Positions 1 to 12,762 of a stretch of 64,000 bases of DNA are shown here, piece by piece. The number at the start of each line of letters is the position of its first letter. Positions within the stretch are counted from its first letter, which is position 1. The stretch is from NCBI GenBank assembly GCA_964304625.1, contig OZ199839.1:3586724-3650723 (forward strand), in the 5' to 3' direction. The position numbers and the translations under genes were made by a program. The notes under the pieces are model-generated. The model had not been told where the DNA came from. It saw only the letters and a list, made by a program, of their open reading frames with translations, and did not search any database. Origin of the DNA: Kudoa neothunni (taxonomy: Eukaryota > Animalia > Cnidaria).

Positions 1-956
1 AATAATACGACGATAAATTTAAATTTAATATCTGTAGACGTATTTGAAGACTCGAAAGATGATTAAAAACTTTAATAGATATGATTCTATTTTTTGTTGT
101 ACTTTAGACTAGCGTTTTTCTCAACCTTGAGTTTTATAGACGTACATCCTTGGATTTCTTTAACCCCGCTGGCAGCCCTGTATATAGATATAGATCAATA
201 AAGTTGCATTTAATTGTTTTTATAAATAAATTTTTTTAATCATAGAGAACAAGCAAACTTAATCAAAAAATAAATACATTATTTGTTTAACAACAATAAT
301 AATGGATAAATTATTGTTTAGCTGTGGCTTCATCCTTTTTGAAGGACAATTATTTTAAAATAACATTTTACTGCAAATTAATAATATTAAGTGATTGCGA
401 AATGACCCTTTATTGAAAATAAAATTTGAATGTAAATTTTATTTAAGTTAAAACTGTAAAGACTTTAAATAAACTCTATTATTTTATGATTTGAGTTTTT
501 TATCATACAATAAATCATATATTTAAGTTTCAAAAATATATGAACTTAAAAATAATTTTTAAATTACGAGCCATTATTTTTAGCGAATGGTTACTAATTG
601 TAAAAATATACATATATGCCTATCGCCTATGAGCGCAGATACAACAAAAATATATTATTTCGTGTGAAACATGAGGAAAAATATTTTCATGCTTCGTTGA
701 CAATTTTATACATTGAAGTTTAAGTATTTTAATTAATTATTAAAGAAATTTTTGTTGAATTTCTATTTATACTAAAGTTGAGACAAGGACCTTCTTTTGT
801 AAAATGTAAAATTTTGTTTTAAACACAAAAATAGACTAAGTGTTCAAAATGACAAATTTAGGGTTAAAATTCTTAATCAAGAAATTTGGTTTTTGTGATC
901 GCAAGAAAAAAAAGTCAGCGATTTATGGAACATTTTTTACTATAAATCAAAAACTA

Positions 957-3900
957 TCAGTTATTGAGGCTTTTTCGTTTCCTAGTAGAACGTCGACGTG
1001 GATCGGCGTTAGTTATAGGAAAGGGAGAATTCGAGAAATTCAATTTTGAATAATCCAAGTTAACCAGATAATTTTCGGGTTCAAAATCATTATAATAAAT
1101 AAGATAGTCGGCCAAAAAGTTCACTTTGAAGACTTTATTGCTGTGAGTTGCTAGAAATTGTGCCACTTTTGGTGTCACATTGTTTTGTTGCTCGTTCTCA
1201 ATGAAAATATGAGTGACTTTTTCAGAACGGTTGGATGAAACATATCGATCAATGGGATAAAATTTTCCTCCTCCAGCTTCAGAAATCAAACGTTCAAATC
1301 CTTCTTGTTTGTTCGTTGACTCCAAATACAAAACAACATGCCAATTATAGAAAGCACCTTTACCAATCTAAAAGTACATTCAAAAATTTAGCTACTCAAT
1401 AGATAAATCTAAAAAATACATATGAGTTTGAATTTAACTTGGAATGCCAATGAGCAAATGCATCCGCAAAAATCGGATCAATGTATTCGCAATTTCGTTC
1501 GTACATAAAGAGCACATCATTCACAAAATAGCCGGCTTCTTTGGATTCCTCCAAATACGAATAATGAAGAATGGGTTTCCCGGTGGCTAGACAGCATAAC
1601 AATTTTTCATTTTTGACAATTTCATTGCCAATAATAAGATGGGTTGATTCGGCATCAAAACTACTGGTATTTAAATAAACTCCACCAAGCAACTGAATTG
1701 TTTCGCTTAGTTTTGATTTTATTTCTGACGAGAGCGAAGATATCAAAAATTTGTACATCTTTCCTTGGGTCGATTCCAAATTATTAGTGCATATGGATGG
1801 ATTATCGATAAAAGGAGGACAATCAATTGAATCATGTCCTTCATGATCGTAGGTGATAAGTATACCATCATCATCATCAACAAGATTGGTAGGAGATAAA
1901 TCCAAACAATTTTTCAACTGACTTTCCAAATTGTAGCTTTGTTCCATTTCCACTAGAATACTGCTCAAATTGGCATCCATTAAACTGATTTTATTTTCAT
2001 CATTTTTTGATGTGAGTGAAGGTCTGCTTAACTTATTAGAGGATTTTCCAAGTATATTTTTGATATCGTTTTCCAAATCTGAAATTTTACTACTTTTGGC
2101 TAAAGATTTCCTAATGGACTCTTCCAGATGATTATCCACAACAGAGGTATTAGCAACTCTGGTATTTGATATGAGAGGTTTAGTAGGACATGTGGTGGTA
2201 CTCGTATCAACGTCTGACACTTGTTCCTTTAGTAGTAGCTCTGCGTGAATAAGTTTATAATTGGCCACTTTATCACCAAAGAGATATTTTTCACTAAAGT
2301 TATCAACGTTGCTGACAACAATATGTGAGGCCGCTGTAACACTATCAGTAACAATTGCTCCGTATGATTGGCATATTTGAATCAGTTTAGTCATCAGCCG
2401 AGTATGTAGATCAGTCGAGAAATACACATAAGCATTCTTCAGTTGTTGGAGGTTGGTTTGTGGACACGATAATTTCATCAGCACTTCACTCATAATTAAA
2501 TTGTGATATTTTCCAACCGTTTGACCGAGGTTGAATGTTGATACAGTGTTTCCCGCCATTATACTTTCAAACAAGTAACTAAAAGATTTCATGGATTGAA
2601 TTCTAATTCGGCTTTGGTCATCAAACGAATGTGTTGATTGTTTTTTTGGAGTAGTGGTTGAATCCAAAAAATCCCAAATCAAAGTTCCACCATATTCACT
2701 GATAATCACAGCTAGTTGTCTAGCAACACCGCTAGGAATCGTATCGGCGATCTCAAATGTTTGGTGTTGGAACAAGACACCAACTAAGGAGGATTCAAAA
2801 ATCCACTATACAAAAACTGAGGATAATATTCATTGTCATTATCCAGTACAGTTTGGCATGGGAAAAACAATTGTTGATGATAGATTATAGATTCTAACCA
2901 AAAAACACTTTTAGAGTATTCATTGCTATTGTCAAAGATAACATCAGCGTGAAGTTCACTGAAAACTATCTCAGCTCCCATCCAAACAAGTAGATCTTTA
3001 AGTTGACCAACATTCTCAAAAAGGTAGCCGACAACAAAATTATCAGCAATGTACACCTTGGAATTGGTCAACAAAGTTGACGTAGAATCCAATTTGAAAG
3101 AGCCACCCCAATAATTCTTAGGTAGTTGAAAAGTGAACCAATGGAGAGGCACAATTTTTTGATGATTATAACACTCACTCATCCATCTTTCGGATGCAAA
3201 TTCCATAGCTATACCATTACTAACCGGAATTGAGGGTAAAGTTTGCAAAAAATTTTTAAAATTATGAATTTGATAACAACTAGTCGAATTTGTGATACAA
3301 AAATCAACGGAATTATCCTGATTGAAAAAATCTGAATACAAACTCATAACACTATCATTTTGTTCTGTAGACATCAAACAATGTACAACCGATTTGTTCA
3401 AATGAAAATAATTGCACTGAACTGCAATATCTCCTAGTAAGTTAGAGTTATCTTTATAGAGATGTTGTTCAATGGGAACAATACAATCAGAACGAATAGA
3501 AGAAAACAACCAGCTAGATTTTACAATGGCTGCCTGCCTGTTTGGTAGCTGATAGTTTTTGACAAGTTGGGACCAACTTATTCGTTTGTTCAAACTATCT
3601 CTGTTGTGTGTGACGTTTGCACACATTTCACATTGGCACGGGTTCAAATATATAAAAATATCAATATTAACACTCGACGGCCAATCAATAAGGTTGTCTT
3701 CGGCGTAGAACAACCCACCATTGGAAAGAATTTTATTTTTAATATCGATATGTTTGTAAGTGCAAAAATTGATGCAGCATATTTTCACATTGCGAAGCAG
3801 TTTACATATGTAATTCAAGTGGGTAATAGTAGCAGATTTTTTGATTTTTCCTGTAGACCTATCATTAAACACGCCTGCAACCACATTCGAAGTAACCCAA

Positions 3901-4526
3901 TGTTCGGTAATTAATGGCATTTGGTTTCGACTGGCAACAATAGCCTCATCAGTGAAACAATTTCCACAAATTACGTGGGTTACACAATTGCGATCAATAG
4001 GATCAACAAAAGGTGAATATTTCCAACCCAAAAGTGTAATGTATCTAATCAATTTATTCTTGAAATGAGCATCGAATCCACTAATTGCAATCACAAAGGC
4101 ATTATTTCTTTCGCTCGAATAACATATCGGCAATTTGATATTACTGTCAATTGTTTTATAAGGAGAGATCGGCAAACACATCTCATTCGATAGACAATGT
4201 ATAATACAACGGTAGTCATAGACATAGCATCCAAAATTGACAAATAATTGAAAATCATATTCAGTGTAATGCTCCAAAATTATGACTGTAGGGCGTTTGC
4301 TTAAATTTTCAAATCCAATCAACTTTTGATCGATATTTTGACGCTTGAAATCCACAATTGGAATATTGGAAAATATCTTTTCAATCAGCTCAACTCTTTT
4401 ATCATTTTTTATTCCAGTTTCAAATAAATGCACATTCAATCGAAAAGACGAATCCAAGCCCGAAAATTCACCCCGCTTTTTCATCCCTGATACGAACGAA
4501 TCTACGCGAGTAATTGCGACAATCAT
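957..4526 (-). CDS. TOPBP1: Multi-BRCT checkpoint/replication scaffold, TopBP1/Rad4/Cut5-like; 3 exons
   Basis: Three ORFs (2784-4526, 1396-2775, 957-1331) are joined by GT-AG introns at about 2806-2849 (44 nt) and a ~52-nt intron near 1368-1419. Repeated BRCT motifs: THVIC...EHWV; IQLLGG...THLII...KNEKLLCCLATGKPILHYSYLEES; GAFYNWHVVL; FERLISEAGGG. The start is either Met 4526 or Met 4484. Confidence 0.85.
4485..4526. promoter_or_regulatory. Putative minimal bidirectional promoter with central CGCG element
   Basis: This is the only non-coding space available between the divergent TopBP1 (if Met 4484 is the start) and DNAJC17. CGCG lies at 4505-4508. Confidence 0.5.
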
Positions 4527-5717
4527 ATGTCAAGCCGTGGTTTCGTTGATTATTATGCCGTTCTTGGCATTGAATTGACGGATGATTCATCACAGGTTCT
4601 AAAAAAATCACATTATTAAGTTTTAACCAAACTTGACTTAATGCGAAATAGATATCAAGGGCATATCGAAAAAAGGCCCTAAAATGTCATCCCGATAAAA
4701 ATCCTAACAACAAAGCTGCAGGTTTATTTAGGATTTTAGTCGTAGCAAATTTTAATTATTGATATGAACATTTAGCGGAACAATTCTTACTTCTTTCCCA
4801 AGCTTATGAAGTGTTGTCGGACGAAAAGAAAAAAGTTGGTCAAATCTACTAATTAATTTTTAAATCATTATTAGAAAGCGTTTGACACTATTGTTAAAGC
4901 AAAACTACTCCATTCGCAAAGAAACAAAGCCATGGATGACAAACGAAGAAAACTCAAAGAGCAGCTTGAACAAAACGAACAAATGGCATTCACATTTGAT
5001 AATCATGTTCAGTCGGAACGAGATGCCAAAAAAATTTACGAAAATGCTGTAATTTTGCTATTGAATTTTAGAGGAGACTTAATACAAACTTTCAATCAGA
5101 TTAAAAGACTTCGCGCTGAAAGTTCCTTGTTAATTTTGAAAGAGAAAGAAAAGCTCACCAAATCCGAAACCAGTCTACAAAAACCCACCAATACTATTAA
5201 TGTCGACAAAAGTTGGAGTATCAAAGTATTTCAGTCGCTTGACAAAACTATTGATATAGTTATTGAATTTTTAGTTGACGTGGAAATGTCAATGTAATTT
5301 TAAATTTGAAAATAGGTGTGAACTTGACGATAATCTTATGAAAAAAGCATTTTCAATATATTATCTTATTTAAAATTTATACTAATTTAGTTATGCAAAT
5401 TGGCCTCTAATATTATAGTCTCTAAAAATAAATCCATGGCAATTATCGAATTTTTAGACGAAAAAAATGCTGTATTTTATTCTGGTTTATTTATGATGGA
5501 CTTATCCACTTTAATATAGTTTGATTGTTATTCCGTGTTGAAGGAAAATGTGGAAAATATTCTACCTGATCATTCAGTTGCTGTAACAACCTTACGAGAC
5601 TTTCATTGCGGTGCGACGGCCTCGACACCGACACTCCCAACGAGCCTAAAAGGATCGTCCCTTGACGACTTGGAGGATATGATTTTATCAAAATTTACCA
5701 GCTCGAAAAATAAGTAG
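4527..5717 (+). CDS. DNAJC17: DnaJ homolog subfamily C member 17 (J domain, coiled coil, RRM-like C-terminus); multi-exon
   Basis: Spliced reading MSSRGFVDYYAVLGIELTDDSSQ|ISRAYRKKALKCHPDKNPNNKAA|EQFLLLSQAYEVLSDEKK|KAFD...MDDKRRKLKEQLE. HPD motif present, GT-AG introns, C-terminus DLEDMILSKF. Confidence 0.85.
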
Positions 5718-6289
5718 GAGAAATACTTATAGCACATTGTTGGATGATTATGAAGAGACTTTTTAGACCTTATTTATGTTTTGTAGATTTGTTAAATAAA
5801 CTGGTTCTTATTCTATTAGCGTCTCAATATTTACGATGAGTTATAATAGATAGTTTATTTTATTCTTATTTTTTTCCAAAATCCTAACGTAATTATTTTT
5901 CAAAAAAGTAGCTTTTTTTAAATTACTAAATATTTTTACTACTTATTAAATAAAATATTTTACCTTCTGCAACCAAAATCAAAAGTATTTTCATCTATAT
6001 TAATTAATGATATAGACAGTTAAAGGAAAATCAGTACATAATTATTGCAGTTTTTACACGTCTACAAAGGGATAAACTACTTTTTTAAATATTAGCTAAT
6101 TAATTTTTATTTAATATACATACATGCATATGTTTAGATATAGTACAAATTCACATAAAAACCGAATGCTTAAGTTAAGTTTTAAATTAAAAATTTATAA
6201 ATAATTAATCTAGAAATATTTGTGTTTCAAATTTCGCATTGGTATATACGCTACGTTGTATTTGTCCTAGGGTGTATGTGTGGTAGGTT

Positions 6290-6442
6290 TATCCGGAATT
6301 ATGATTAAATAGTTGTTCCGGTTCCCTGTTACCGAGATTTTGGATAATCGAACATTTATCCACATTTGATTTCAATCAAATCCAAATAGAATCTAAAATT
6401 TCTTTAGGAAAGCGCGATATCCGGATAATCGAGGTTCGACTG
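6290..6442. mobile_element. Tc1/mariner (Tigger-like) MITE remnant
   Basis: Ends in ...CGGATAATCGAGGTTCGACTG followed by TA. A similar element lies at about 59920-60074. Confidence 0.45.
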
Positions 6443-7255
6443 TATCCAATTTAAGCACTACATTACTAAACAAACATGCATATAACACGTTTTTCCCATC
6501 ATGAGATAGCATAATGTGTAATTATTTATTTTATTAAAATTTCAGATGACATAATAAATAAACCTGACTTTAATTAATATATGTATTTTAAGAAATAAAT
6601 TTAAATAATGACAAGTTTATCAGTGGGGATATTTTTCTTATTTATATTCAAAATCAATAATATACAGGAAATTTCGGTTGATTTGTGAATAGTGACGGGG
6701 AGTAACAATATAAGGCAATGTTGTACTAGGGTATTCATTGAATCAACCATCGTTAGTAAGCGAGTCAAAAAATTATACATATACGCTAAAATTGATGCCG
6801 ATAGAATTTATAATCGAAATAAAAAAAAATATTTGTATAACAAATAATTACTTTACGAATAAAGTGGTTTATAAAAATTTTTAGGTAAAATTTAGCTAAT
6901 AAAGTCCAGGAAGAACTACATAGGACATAGGAAATATAGCAAGAGAATAAAAAATTATGTAGTATTGATGTGAAAGAAGAAAAGTAAACTCCATTTATGA
7001 CGACCTATGATGACTACTCGAATTATTTTTAAGAAACCTAATATTTTCTTGCCATATTAATTAAATAAAGCATAGATTACATAAAAAATAAGATTAACAA
7101 AATAATTATGCAAGTGTTATATAAATTCTCAGATAAAATTTTGAAAATCATGATTACATTAAATAAAATATATTATGTAATGTTATTAATCCAAAAAATA
7201 GTTTTTTTGCAGAAAGTAAGGACGGTAAATTAGCATTATCCCTAGCTAAGCGTCA

Positions 7256-7380
7256 GGGAGGCGATGCTGAGTTCTGACCGTTGGACTGTGAATCGCAAGG
7301 AAGCAAGTTCAAATCTGACCCTAGACAGATAACTACTTTGGTGTTGTGTCCCTGGTCTAAAGTGGAGGTCGGTAATAGAG
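7256..7380 (+). mobile_element. tRNA-derived SINE head, possibly CORE-SINE-like
   Basis: GGGAGGCGATGCTGAG (degenerate A box), GGACTGTGAATC anticodon-arm-like segment, B box GTTCAAATC, then GTTGTGTCCCTGG. It does not form a full cloverleaf. Confidence 0.45.
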
Positions 7381-8132
7381 TATTCACTCATTACATTATG
7401 TCATGTAAATACAAATGTAGTTCGAATGAGGTGAGACGTTTGAATCCTCAATTTATCAATTTTAAGTTACCAAGAATATTGTAGGTCCCATGGATCCAAT
7501 ATCCTTGAGGCTAAACGAGGCAAGGTTGTAATCGCTCCTAGAGGATATCTAGTGGAACAAATTCCAATATTACTCCATATAGTTCAATAATAATAAAGAT
7601 TACACGTTATTCGTCGCGGTGTCTACAACGGCCATTGATTTCCGGTTCATTTGCCAGAACTCTACAACCTAATAAGTCGCACCAAGGATTTCATCCTGTT
7701 GATGAAATCTCCATTTTTCGAAGATTTAGTTTAACTGGAAATTATCAATAACCCACTATTAACACTGAAATCAAACGAGTTGAATCCACAAGATGCTTAT
7801 TTAAAAATTAGCTCCTCTAACTAAACTCAAACCTGGTTCACTTATTAGATAGATATGATTAGACGAAATTAACCAAACATTAAAAAAATATTACGTCCTT
7901 TCAAGAAACAAGAGACTTAAATTGTATATAGGCAGAATAAAGCATTAATCAGGGCAAAACGAGCGAAAAATTCTTAACTTTCAAAAAAACGTTATCGAGA
8001 ATTTTATTAAGTGAGAAAATTGACTATGAACTTTTCAACGTATACGCTATCACGTAATTTTTAATTTGCTGATAAATTATTCTTTCAACAGACAATTTGG
8101 AAACGTTCAACACAATAAACTAATTTATAAAG

Positions 8133-9308
8133 TTATGCAACTTTGGCGCCAATTTCTTTGATCAAATCTCCCAACTTTTCGTTATCCAACACAGAAATAG
8201 GTACATTTTTTCTGATTATTCCAACCTATCACCACCGTGCAGAAAAAAACATAAGAAAAAAATTTAACGTGCAATCTTAATACTTCACAATTGCTCGTGG
8301 TGAGTTTTTCTTCCATAACATCCCTCAATATCTTCAAAGCTACTTCCATGGCAACTTCCACAGTAAGGTCCTATCAATCGAGAAAAGCATAACAAACTTG
8401 GCAATCACAGAGAAAATAAGAACCTCCTTGTAGAGTTGAGCAAGTGAACTTTGAGCTCCAACCGACGCAGCTCCAATAGCTTTTGCGTCGTATTGGAGGT
8501 ATGTACCAGAGGGATCCAAATGGTATCTAAACATAATAGCACACAACGATAGACAAAGCACAGCCCCCGGATTTATTGAGGCTATTGAGGAATGGGTCTT
8601 ACAATTTTGAGCCTTGTTCATCACACACACCAAGTAACATAGCTACACCAAATGGGCGACTCTAATTATGTATTGTCATCATTAGAACTGAAATAAAATG
8701 AACGATGTGAAATACCATTATTTTGGATTGTTGACTAAAATTTCCGAAAGATAATGCCAATCTAGATAAACTTTGTACGACTCCCTCTATAGGAGCTGGC
8801 TCATTGTAGGTAAACCAGTAGTTCTAAACGAAGGTAAATGTCACTCGATAGAATCAAACTACTTGTGCTTCCATTCTAGCGTGATCTATCATTGTTGTGC
8901 TATCGGCTACAAGACCACTAACAGCACAACCTAAAGCAACCATTAGTTTATATTTATTCATATCACGACAATAGTATACCCATGTGACGATCTATTTCAA
9001 AAATTTTCTTCGCACTAGAAGATATCACCAATGGTGAACACGTTCTCTTTTCCACAGCAAGAACTACACCATCCACGCATCTGATACCAATAACAGTTGC
9101 ACCAAGCTACAATTCATTGTATATACGTGTTTAGCCAATCACATAGCGAATGCTACACATTTTCCTAATTACTTTTATTGCTTCTAACGCATACTCGACT
9201 TGGATTAGTCTTCCTTCAGGCGAAAAGGTGTTAACACCCCTATTGAAATATCACTTTAACTATAAAAGTTGCAAATTACCTATCATAGTCACTACGAGAC
9301 ATAAACAT
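8133..9308 (-). CDS. PSMA5: Proteasome subunit alpha type-5; 9 exons
   Basis: [10 protein letters not shown]|[22 protein letters not shown]|LGAT...SRPFGVAML...[18 protein letters not shown]...VMEEKL. Eight GT-AG introns give a continuous frame. Confidence 0.96.
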
Positions 9309-10265
9309 TATGTGATGTTATGAGTGTGCGTGCGCGTGATGCAATGAATCCCATTTTTAGGTACGTTTCTATGGATGATAAATCTTATGAATTAATTTTT
9401 AATTATAAATAATTTTTTTTAATCATCTATTAAGTTTCTCTTCATATATTCCTACTAAAATGGTATATTTTTCTAATTTCATCTCAGCCTAATTAACAAT
9501 TAATGAAGGTTATTTATTGACAACAATAATATAATCACAAGAAAAAAAAATTAAACACAAAACCAGTCAATATCGTGTTGAGAGGCTTGCATTACTTAAA
9601 TTTGTTCATTTTTATTATATTTTTGTTTTATGAGTGAACAAATTTTCAGATCAATTAAAAATAAAATATTAAGGGTAATAATTTTTGAATTATACGGTAC
9701 GAAAATAGTCTAACACGAAATTATGACTGTAACGTATTTTGGTGTTAGTGATAAATCCTCTCGATTATTGTTCCATGCTTGTGTTGATTGATGAATAATT
9801 TCTCATTGAAAAATTTTATTTTTTTTCACAATGATAATTCTTGACTCAAAATACATTTTATAATTACATTACTTAAATATTCTATTTTAAATAAAGTATA
9901 TGATTGATTTTCATTGTGAACTAAAATAAGCATACACAGATTCATTTTCAAAAATTTAAATACAGTGTAACCTCGGAGTTCGACCAAAAATTTTGAGTCA
10001 GAAACATTTTTGAGTTCGAACACATGGAAAGGTATTTAGAACAAATCCAGTTGGAGAAAAAAATAGAGAAGACAAAAAATTCAAAAAGGAGATTCCCTCA
10101 ATCAAATTATGCGAATGTCATTGAAAGGAAACCCTTTAATATCTACGGTATGACGACCAACAAATATTTATCCTACGTAACATGTGGATTATAAAGGTTG
10201 TAATCCACAAATCATATGCGTGATCGAGAGCAGAGCGGCATTGCACCACCATCTTTTATAGCTAA

Positions 10266-10320
10266 CTAGCGGGAACTGCTCAGCGTTGCCTGGGGAAGAT
10301 TTCGCATAGATACGTTTCTT
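10266..10320 (-). mobile_element. Helitron-type 3' terminus
   Basis: Minus strand reads CCCCAGGCAACGCTGAGCAGTTCCCGCTAG|T (GC hairpin plus CTAG). A homologous copy lies at 48277-48326. Confidence 0.55.
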
Positions 10321-11382
10321 AATAATATTTAAAAAATATATTGAAGTTTAAAATTAAACCATAGTTCCAGTATAATTAAAAAAATTTAAGTATCATACTT
10401 TCAACGATTTTGATTTCGAAATTTTAATTCTAATCAATTCCGTGCAAGGATGTAATAATCCCGGTACCAACGCTAAATAATTTGAGGTCCGCGTCATATT
10501 TTTCTGCATTCCCCAATTATGTAAACTACCTTAAAGTGTTACCTAAAACGTTATCTTTTTGGCTTCGACGGTTATCAAAGCCGAGTCCTAGTCCGGATCA
10601 GAATGCTTTTTCCATGCTTTATGGGGGAGACAAAAAAAGATAAGAAAATATACGAACATTGATTTTTGTTACCCAAATTATTATCTTTTGGTCCGGCATA
10701 AACTTTAGTGCGTTCTTTCTCAAAAACAAGTACAAATCGCGTCAATATCAACAAAAATAATTTGAATAATCAGGTGAAGTAAAAATACAACCATCTACAT
10801 TGAATTTAGTCACTGAAAGTTTAACTTAGCGGACGATTTCAATGAAATCTACGGACGCAGTATTTCCATTATAATGCTTCAATCAGTGTAATTTTAACGT
10901 CGTCCACCAATTCGTAATTCATTAAACATATATAAATTTTTTATCATTTCTAAAACCATTAATAGAACATTCAACATGTGTTTATCAAGTTAAATACGTT
11001 GAAACACCCGACATAGAGAGTGTATCTGCATGAACACCTAAATTTACCCACTAAATTTATATACAAAGCCAGAAAGCGGCAGTTAATCAACATTTGATAA
11101 AGCATATAAAGGGGAAAATTAACTTCAACCGACCATCAGCAGGTCACAAGCAGATGTTAATCCCATTATTGAAAACATTAATTCGCTTAACCAACCTCAA
11201 ACCGATAACAACACAATTTTATATATATTTTATGAACTTCTGTCAGTTTAATAACGAATAAAAGAATTTTTAAATTATCTTTAACCATTAAGAGTTATAT
11301 AAATATCTATGCATAAGGAAAAAAATTCCCCGCACATGCGTACTTGGGCAGGCACACAAACTTACCGACAGTCCTCTTTATA

Positions 11383-12107
11383 CACTAGGTAATCGATCTT
11401 GCACAATCCCTCCCGTAACATGAAAAAAGTGTGTAAATCGGTTCTGAATTGATTGTACACACTTTTTTGCGCATGCACATAATAATTATGTATCCCCTTT
11501 TTGGAACTTAAAAGAAAAATTGATATTTTTTATTGAAATAGTATAAACGAATATAAATTCTACAACAGACAAAAAAATCCGGCGATGCTTAATTTTGATT
11601 TTTCAAAAAATCAATAATTTTTGTTTGTGTCATATTTTGACATATACAAATCAATTTCCAATATTAACAATGATCGAAAACGATCTGAACTTTTTTAAAT
11701 TAGAGAGATAATTTAGTTCTTTTTTGATGAGGCCATTTAGGATTGCTATATTTGATATGTTGAAAAGTCTCACAGTCATTATTTTAACGTTTATTTATGG
11801 AAGATGTTCGAAGTATTTTAATATTTTGTATTTTCCTTCTAATGTTGTTGTATTTTTACCTTCGCTTATCGCTACATTTTTAATTTTTCGGCGAGTAATG
11901 CTACATTGATCAACAGAGTGCCTGGAAAAAAGTGTGCAAAAACGATGCATCATGTGATTTTGGCAACGCATTTCACGTAATTTACGGTCTATTATTTGAA
12001 CCGAAACTACCGTTATGTTTAATATATTTGTTTATATAGACATTGGAAACATTTGGAGTCATAATTAAATAAATTCACAAAAAATGTGAAAAATCGATTA
12101 CCGACTG
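11383..12107. mobile_element. Non-autonomous Tc1/mariner-type element, family A copy 1
   Basis: TIRs CA(C/G)TAGGTAATCGAT...ATCGATTACCGACTG with TA flanks. Near-full-length copy at 30020-30676. Confidence 0.75.
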
Positions 12108-12119
12108 TATCTGTATATA

Positions 12120-12762
12120 CAGTAGGCAACCGATAATATGCATCATAAATTCGTGCGCAGTTTCGTGTTTTCTTGATTTGTCACCACGGGTATTATACCT
12201 TGTAGTTAATTATAATAACAAAAAAACTTTATTAAAATCATTTGGGAGAAGAATAATTCGCGATTTTTGTTTTAATCATGCTTATTGATAAAGTATTTAT
12301 ACCTTTTCATATTGGGATAACATTTAGTGAATGGTGAATTCTAGAAAATTATAAATACTATTTTATTTCTTATTCATTTTTTAGCGCAATATAAATTTTT
12401 TTATATTTTTTTCATAAAATCTTTATTTATGTGCATCTATAATATTCTTTAATTGGCAACTAATAATGTCTTGAAATAAAATTTATTCTATTTTCCTATT
12501 CGTTCAAAAATTCATCCGTCAAAATTAAAATTTTTCCCTCGTTTCCAATAATCAAAAATAAAATCTGCGTGGTTCGGCCGAAAAAATGGGAATTATCGGT
12601 TAGTCGCGTAATATAACAGATTGGCAATTTCCTAGTTTAATTTAAAAATGTTTTTAAGACTTTATCTTTTTACAGTCACAAAAAATATTATAAAACGTTT
12701 CACACAATATAAACTTTGAATACGTCGTATCGATGAAAATGCGTAATATCGGTTGCCTACCG
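12120..12762. mobile_element. Non-autonomous Tc1/mariner-type element, family B
   Basis: TIRs CAGTAGGCAACCGATA...TATCGGTTGCCTACCG with TA flanks. Partial copies at about 21941-22190 (inverted) and about 59230-59545. Confidence 0.7.

Noticed and set aside
2775-2850. Apparent frameshift, or a 23-nt ultra-short intron, between the two large TopBP1 ORFs
   Set aside because: A normal 44-nt GT-AG intron (2806-2849) joins the frames and yields a BRCT-like WIFESSLVG motif, so nothing exotic is needed.
7256-7325. Functional tRNA-His gene
   Set aside because: The acceptor and D stems do not pair; it is better explained as a SINE head.
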